Origin: Candidatus Viridilinea halotolerans | GTDB lineage: Bacteria > Chloroflexota > Chloroflexia > Chloroflexales > Chloroflexaceae | Assembly (NCBI GenBank): GCA_003934145.1 | Contig: RSAS01000195.1 | Coordinates: 1,226-44,226 of the forward strand | DNA: 43,001 bases | Direction: 5' to 3' | Part shown: piece after piece, positions 38,352-43,001 of the stretch | Layout of the letters: each line of letters begins with the position of its first letter | Position numbering within the stretch: position 1 is the stretch's first letter | Position numbers and translations under genes: made by a program | The notes under the pieces: generated by a model | Told to the model about the DNA's origin: nothing | What the model saw: the letters and a program-made list of their open reading frames with translations, nothing else | Databases searched by the model: none

Positions 38352-38622
38352 TAGGGTTCACGGTAGAAACGGAACGGAAAATACTAATAATCGATACCGT
38401 GTAAATTAGTCCTGATGCAGCGCACGCGTGTATAAGCAACGTACACGGTAACAATTATTGCGTTTTCTGTTCCTATGTTGCACAGAGCCAGATTCCAGGG
38501 CGCTCGTTACGGTCAGCGGTGACGTTTGGAAACCCGCCGCAAGCCGCAGGGGTTCAATCTGTGCGGTGAGGCAGGTTAGGCCAAGAAGCCGCCGGGCTTG
38601 AGGGCGTACGGAGTGTTCACCT

Positions 38623-39369
38623 TCATGGAGTAGCCTGTCTAGCAACCTCAGTTGCTATGTGTCCAGCGAAAGATGTTACGAAAGTTCGCAGGCTCGTGAT
38701 CGCATCTAATTCCGTATACTGCCCATCTGCAACCGCGCTACGCGGCGAGGCGATAACGCAAGCGGCAGTGTACAACTGCTCCTGCACAAGGCGTTGGCAC
38801 AGCAGGTTATATCGCTGGATGTAGGAAGTTCCCTGAAAGACTGGAAACACCCGGAAATGCGGCGAAGCTTCGCGGATAGGGGTACGTGAGCCGGTCGCAT
38901 CCTCGACGAGCATCAACCAGCCCAGAAAGGGCCGGGGGTACTTCCCAAAAGCACCTTCCCGGTACGCTGTCTGAAAGTCGTGCGCAGAGCCGATGGCCTC
39001 CTCGACCCGATTATTAAAGTTGTTGCCGAACGAAGGGCCGACTTGGCTTTTGAACTCGATCGCTGCCACGAGGTGGCCCTGGTGCAAGACCAGCACATCC
39101 CAGAGCTTGGTCGGACGGAAGTACCCTGGGAGCATCACCAGCGCCCGGCTCCGGTGCACCTCTGCCTCGGTGAGACCATTGGCGCGCACCAGATCCAGGA
39201 TGAGGGCAACGAAGCCATCCATGTTCTTCCCAGCCGTCACCGCTCCCCGCTGACCAGCGTCAATCCTTCCAGTGACGGTTTGTGCCTGGCGTGCCTGGTC
39301 GCGGTTGCCCCAGAACGCCTGGACAGCGGCACTAGACTTCGTCTCGTAGTCTGCCAGATCAAGCGCCAT
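38623..39369 (-). CDS. PaeR7I/XhoI-family type II restriction endonuclease
   Basis: [56 protein letters not shown]. Confidence 0.92.
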   Translation of the reverse strand: MALDLADYETKSSAAVQAFWGNRDQARQAQTVTGRIDAGQRGAVTAGKNMDGFVALILDLVRANGLTEAEVHRSRALVMLPGYFRPTKLWDVLVLHQGHLVAAIEFKSQVGPSFGNNFNNRVEEAIGSAHDFQTAYREGAFGKYPRPFLGWLMLVEDATGSRTPIREASPHFRVFPVFQGTSYIQRYNLLCQRLVQEQLYTAACVIASPRSAVADGQYTELDAITSLRTFVTSFAGHIATEVARQATP

Positions 39370-41098
39370 GTGATAACCTCGTGCGCTCGTCAAGTGCTGC
39401 CTGTTCAGCCTCCGACAGCCCGTAGAGTACGGCTACCGCATGCCTGCTCGTCTCCAGATCCGAGCACTCCCCAGCCGCGATCAGGGTCTGGCGCAGTGCA
39501 GGGGAAATTTCACACCAGTGGGGAAGCCGAATACGGCGCAGGTACTGCGCTTGGAAGCGGAGGAAACCGCCGCGCATCCGCGTAGAGTAAGTGGAGACAA
39601 ACAGCCGAGCGATTCCAGAGCGGAGCACAGCCTGGAGTGCCCAGAGATTCCAAGTGTCGGAGATAATGTAGTACAGGTTGTGGTGGGGGTACAGATCGCC
39701 CGGCTCGTACACGATGTGGGCCTCACCCTTGATGTCGGGAATGAGCAGCTTGGGGCGCGTGGCGAGGGAGGGGGTAATGCGGTCAATGGTTCGGTACCAG
39801 CCAGCGGGTGCCTTCTGAGCGACGTGGCGGCGGGCAATGGTCTCTCGCCGTAACTCGAGGTAGGCGCGGAGCCGAGGGTACTGCTCCAGTGGGACGAGGT
39901 TGCCGTCATCGGCGAAGGGGTTGACGACCCCAAACCCCTGCCAGCGCACCTCACCGGTCACAATATCCCTGGTCATTGCCAGGCGCAGCTTGCGGTCGTC
40001 CTCTACATCCATTGCGTCGTAGGGAGCGATGAATGCCTTGTCGGCCCCGGTGGCAACTCCGATGCCCACCTTGCACCCGACACCCTCAAGCGTCGGGAAA
40101 GACGCCTCCAGTCGTCGGACAAGGGCCAGTTGATCCGGGGGCTCTAAGATCCAGGGCTCAGCCCCCGTTACAACACCCTGGACAGTACGAACGCCTTGAG
40201 TGCCGGGAGGAAGAGGATCGGTGATGAGCATGGCCGCAAGCGCGGTCAACCCCAGGGTTGAGACTTCTGGGCGATGGGCAATGCGTGTGGCAGTGCCCGG
40301 CTCACGGGCAATGATCGTAATGGCCGGATAAGCAATCACATCCGACTGGAACGCTGGCGTGTCCACCATATTGACGTAGACCTTGAGGTGAAAGCGCTCG
40401 GCGACAAAGGCTCGCAGCGGGCCGCCATAGCGGTTCTTCATCCACCGGTCAGCGCAGATAAACCCAAGCTGCCCTCTTTCCTTCAGGAGCAATAGGGATC
40501 GCTCGATGAATGGCACATAGAGGTCGGCCCGGTCGTAAATGGTTCGGTAGCGCGCCCGATACTCGGCCATGAGGGCATCAGGAATGCGCTCCTGTCGGAC
40601 ATATGGGGGATTGCCTATCACCACATCGAAACGACCGGGCAAATCCACCAGGAGAAAATCACCGGCGATCAGCCAGGTGTCGGCAAGCTGCTCCGCCACG
40701 TCGCCAGGGATGCCGTGCTGGAGCAGCCGCTCGATCACGAGTAGCCTCGTGTGGATGAAGGTGTCCTGATGGATCTCTACTCCACGAATAGCATCTCGCA
40801 GAACGTATGCGTCACCCTTGTCTGGCCCACGGCGCCATGCGATGATCAGCCGGTCAATGGCGGGGAACAGAAAATCGCCTTGGCCGATAGAAGGCTCCAG
40901 CAGCCGTAGCTGGTCAAGGGGACGATCAGTTCGGTAGCCAACCAAGTCGAGCATGAACTGTACGACCTCGGGGCGCGTGAAGATGGCCCCCCGCTCCTCG
41001 ACGGTTCCCGTAGCTATGGACACGGTGATCCCTGGTGTGAGCGGTAAGTGTTCTTGTTGCCAGGGAGATAGCTGGCTTATGAACTCGTCTGGTACCAC
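39359..41098 (-). CDS. Gamma-class N6-adenine methyltransferase (M.PaeR7I-like)
   Basis: [54 protein letters not shown]. Confidence 0.93.
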   Translation of the reverse strand: MVPDEFISQLSPWQQEHLPLTPGITVSIATGTVEERGAIFTRPEVVQFMLDLVGYRTDRPLDQLRLLEPSIGQGDFLFPAIDRLIIAWRRGPDKGDAYVLRDAIRGVEIHQDTFIHTRLLVIERLLQHGIPGDVAEQLADTWLIAGDFLLVDLPGRFDVVIGNPPYVRQERIPDALMAEYRARYRTIYDRADLYVPFIERSLLLLKERGQLGFICADRWMKNRYGGPLRAFVAERFHLKVYVNMVDTPAFQSDVIAYPAITIIAREPGTATRIAHRPEVSTLGLTALAAMLITDPLPPGTQGVRTVQGVVTGAEPWILEPPDQLALVRRLEASFPTLEGVGCKVGIGVATGADKAFIAPYDAMDVEDDRKLRLAMTRDIVTGEVRWQGFGVVNPFADDGNLVPLEQYPRLRAYLELRRETIARRHVAQKAPAGWYRTIDRITPSLATRPKLLIPDIKGEAHIVYEPGDLYPHHNLYYIISDTWNLWALQAVLRSGIARLFVSTYSTRMRGGFLRFQAQYLRRIRLPHWCEISPALRQTLIAAGECSDLETSRHAVAVLYGLSEAEQAALDERTRLSHGA

Positions 41099-41461
41099 GT
41101 AGCCGCTCCACTGAAGTTCAAAACGATATAGGGGGATTGTACCTTAATTGGGGTTCCTGGTAGCAATGGAACAGAGAACACCAATAAGCCCGTGTAGACC
41201 CACACTTCACCCCTTGCGCTGCCAACCGACCAGCGCCATCCCCGAAGCTTGGCCAAGAGAGTGAGAAACAGAGACGCAGGCCCGCTTGGCCCGCGCATGC
41301 GTCAACTTTGCTGATAATTCCAGCGAAACGGGTCGAGACAGCGAGGCGTGGAGGGCATTGCCATCAGGAGGGGGCATGGGGAAATTGGTGATAATGCCCA
41401 TTATCAGCAATGCTTGGTGCTTCGCACCCCCCTGTGGACAGGACGGGGAGGCTAAAGCGAA

Positions 41462-42707
41462 CATGAGTCATCCCGAATTTAAGGAAGGCTTGAGCGGGGT
41501 TCCCGGGTGATCACCCAAGAGACGGCTGAGGGCCGCCCGCAACCGGTAGAGCGGAGCTGCAACCAAGCGGCTCCGCGTTCCGGTGCGGTGACAGCCCCAG
41601 CGGAGGCAGGCTTCGCGCAGTGCGTCGCATGACCGTGCCAGCAAGCTGAGCAGAAACGCATATACGAGCGTCAGCATCAGCAAGAACTTCTCCCGCCGCT
41701 CCCAAGCCCACACCCGGGGGCTCTCGCAGCCCAATTCGCTCTTGTGGTAGCGCCAGGTCTGCTCAATCTGCCAGCGCCGAGCGTAGGCGATAACCACGGC
41801 CCAGGCGTCGTCTGCGGTACGGATCGGGTCGCTGGTCAGCAGATACCACGGCTCCTTGCCGCCTTTGCGGCGGGCCACGACGAGCCAGAGCGGTCGGGCA
41901 TGTTCGGGGTGGGTCACGGAGATCGCCAGCACGCCCACCGTCTGGTGCGCCTTACGCTTCGGGTCGTAGAGCTGCCGCGTCGACCACGCGCGCTTGCCCC
42001 GCGCAATCTCCCAGGTTTTGCGCCGTTCCCCCCAGGGATCGAGCAGCATGTACCGTTTGGGCCAACGGAGCACAAAGCGCAGGTTGGTCTCCAGGACCTG
42101 ATTCAACCAGGGGGTGCCCGCAAAGCCACGATCCCAGACATGGCGCACCTGTCGGCCCCACTGCTGCCGGGCGCGGGCCAGGAGCAGGCCCATCACGGTC
42201 TTGTGGTCGGTGGCATGGGGGCCGCGCTTGGTCCACCACTGCATGGCCGCAACGGTGGGCGGACCGGCCAGGCCGACGACGAGCAGGCCAACCCAGTGCA
42301 GGCCCGCGACACTGATGGGACGTCCCGTCACGGGCGGATGAAAGAAGCCTTTGCGGATGCGGGTGAGGCGACGGGCCTTGCTGGAGCGCACGCTACACAA
42401 GTCGGGATGGTGGTCGCTCTCGCTCTTTTCCAGCACGCTGTCGTCCCAGACGAGCAACGCCTCCTGTCCCGCCGCACGCAGGGCTGTCACCCGTTCGATA
42501 GCCTGCTGCCACAGCCAGTCAGCCAGCAGACACGCCTCCCACTTCGGCGAGCGCAGCAGGTTGCTGAGGCGCTTGGTGCCAGCCGGAGCATGGCCAGATG
42601 GGGCAAGGTAGCTGCCAAGCTCGCTAAGCAGCATGCCCAGGTTGCGGTGACGCCAGATGAGGTTTTGTTGTCATCTGTCCCGAACATTAAATTCGGGATG
42701 ACTCATG
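41462..42707 (-). mobile_element. IS4-like insertion sequence
   Basis: Perfect IRs CATGAGTCATCCCGAATTTAA at 41462-41482 and 42687-42707 (reverse complement). No direct TSD is seen. Confidence 0.85.
41468..42674 (-). pseudogene. DDE transposase, probably missing part of its N-terminus
   Basis: VWDDSVLEK, VWDRGFA, YARRWQIEQTWR..K. Only about 50 bp separate the left IR from the RHRNLGMLLSELG segment, and the ATG at 42674 is out of frame. Confidence 0.7.
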
Positions 42708-42728
42708 TTTGCTTTGTGGCATTTCAGA

Positions 42729-42895
42729 TTTTTAACATTTCAGCATGTCGCGTACCTGAAATGTTGACATGCTGCGTTTTTAACATTTTAGCATGCCGCG
42801 TACCTGAAATGCTGGCATGCTGCGTTTTTAACATTTCAGCATGCCGCGTACCTGAAATGCTGGCATGCCGGATTGTTAAAAACTCAGCATGCCGC
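42729..42895. repeat. Three 48-bp tandem repeats built from about 8-bp subunits; candidate parC centromere
   Basis: TTTTTAACATTTCAGCATG(T/C)CGCGTACCTGAAATG(T/C)TG(A/G)CATGCTGCG-type units at 42729, 42777 and 42825, plus a partial copy. Confidence 0.75.
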
Positions 42896-42903
42896 ATATG
42901 CGC

Positions 42904-43001
42904 TTACTGCTGCTCACGCAGCCACGCCTGGAGCAGGTTATCAACGAGATCGCTGAAGTCGCGGGTGTTGCCCTCTTGCAGCAATGCAATCCTTGCCTGC
43001 C
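42904..43001 (-). CDS. 3' end of a probable ribbon-helix-helix plasmid partition/centromere-binding protein
   Basis: Reads QARIALLQEGNTRDFSDLVDNLLQAWLREQQ*; truncated by the window edge. Confidence 0.5.
   Translation of the reverse strand, partial: QARIALLQEGNTRDFSDLVDNLLQAWLREQQ

Noticed and set aside
42729-42895. Possible CRISPR array
   Set aside because: The units are contiguous tandem copies with no variable spacers.

Overview
High-GC bacterial DNA with several AT-rich islands. It is most likely part of a large Chloroflexota-type plasmid or integrative element; this is inferred from the gene content and the 'IYLPLV' motif in the Rhs protein. Left arm: a repeat-rich Rep/DnaD-like initiator containing about 30 copies of a 15-bp motif in both orientations, then dnaB, a membrane ORF ending in an RAPP motif, a HEAT-repeat protein, an apparently inactive DEDDh exonuclease and a replication-relaxation protein. 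Next comes a decayed transposon region: an internally deleted Tn3-family/tyrosine-recombinase element with 57-bp IRs, a Tn3-IR mini-element with a different MITE inside each IR, and several pseudogenes. A 2705-aa secreted Rhs protein follows. The right half is a defence island. It holds an intact tyrosine recombinase with an IR+DR resolution-type site, a NotI-family REase/MTase pair, a helical-repeat gene split by a 266-bp Tn3-derived MITE, a HEPN-motif ORF and a PaeR7I/XhoI-type RM system. It also holds a HerA + wHTH-NurA operon converging on a C5 methyltransferase with a divergent Xre regulator, which is the best candidate for an undescribed system. The window ends with an IS4-like remnant and a probable partition gene with 48-bp tandem repeats. 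No rRNA, tRNA or CRISPR array was seen. All family calls come from reading motifs by eye; no database searches were run.
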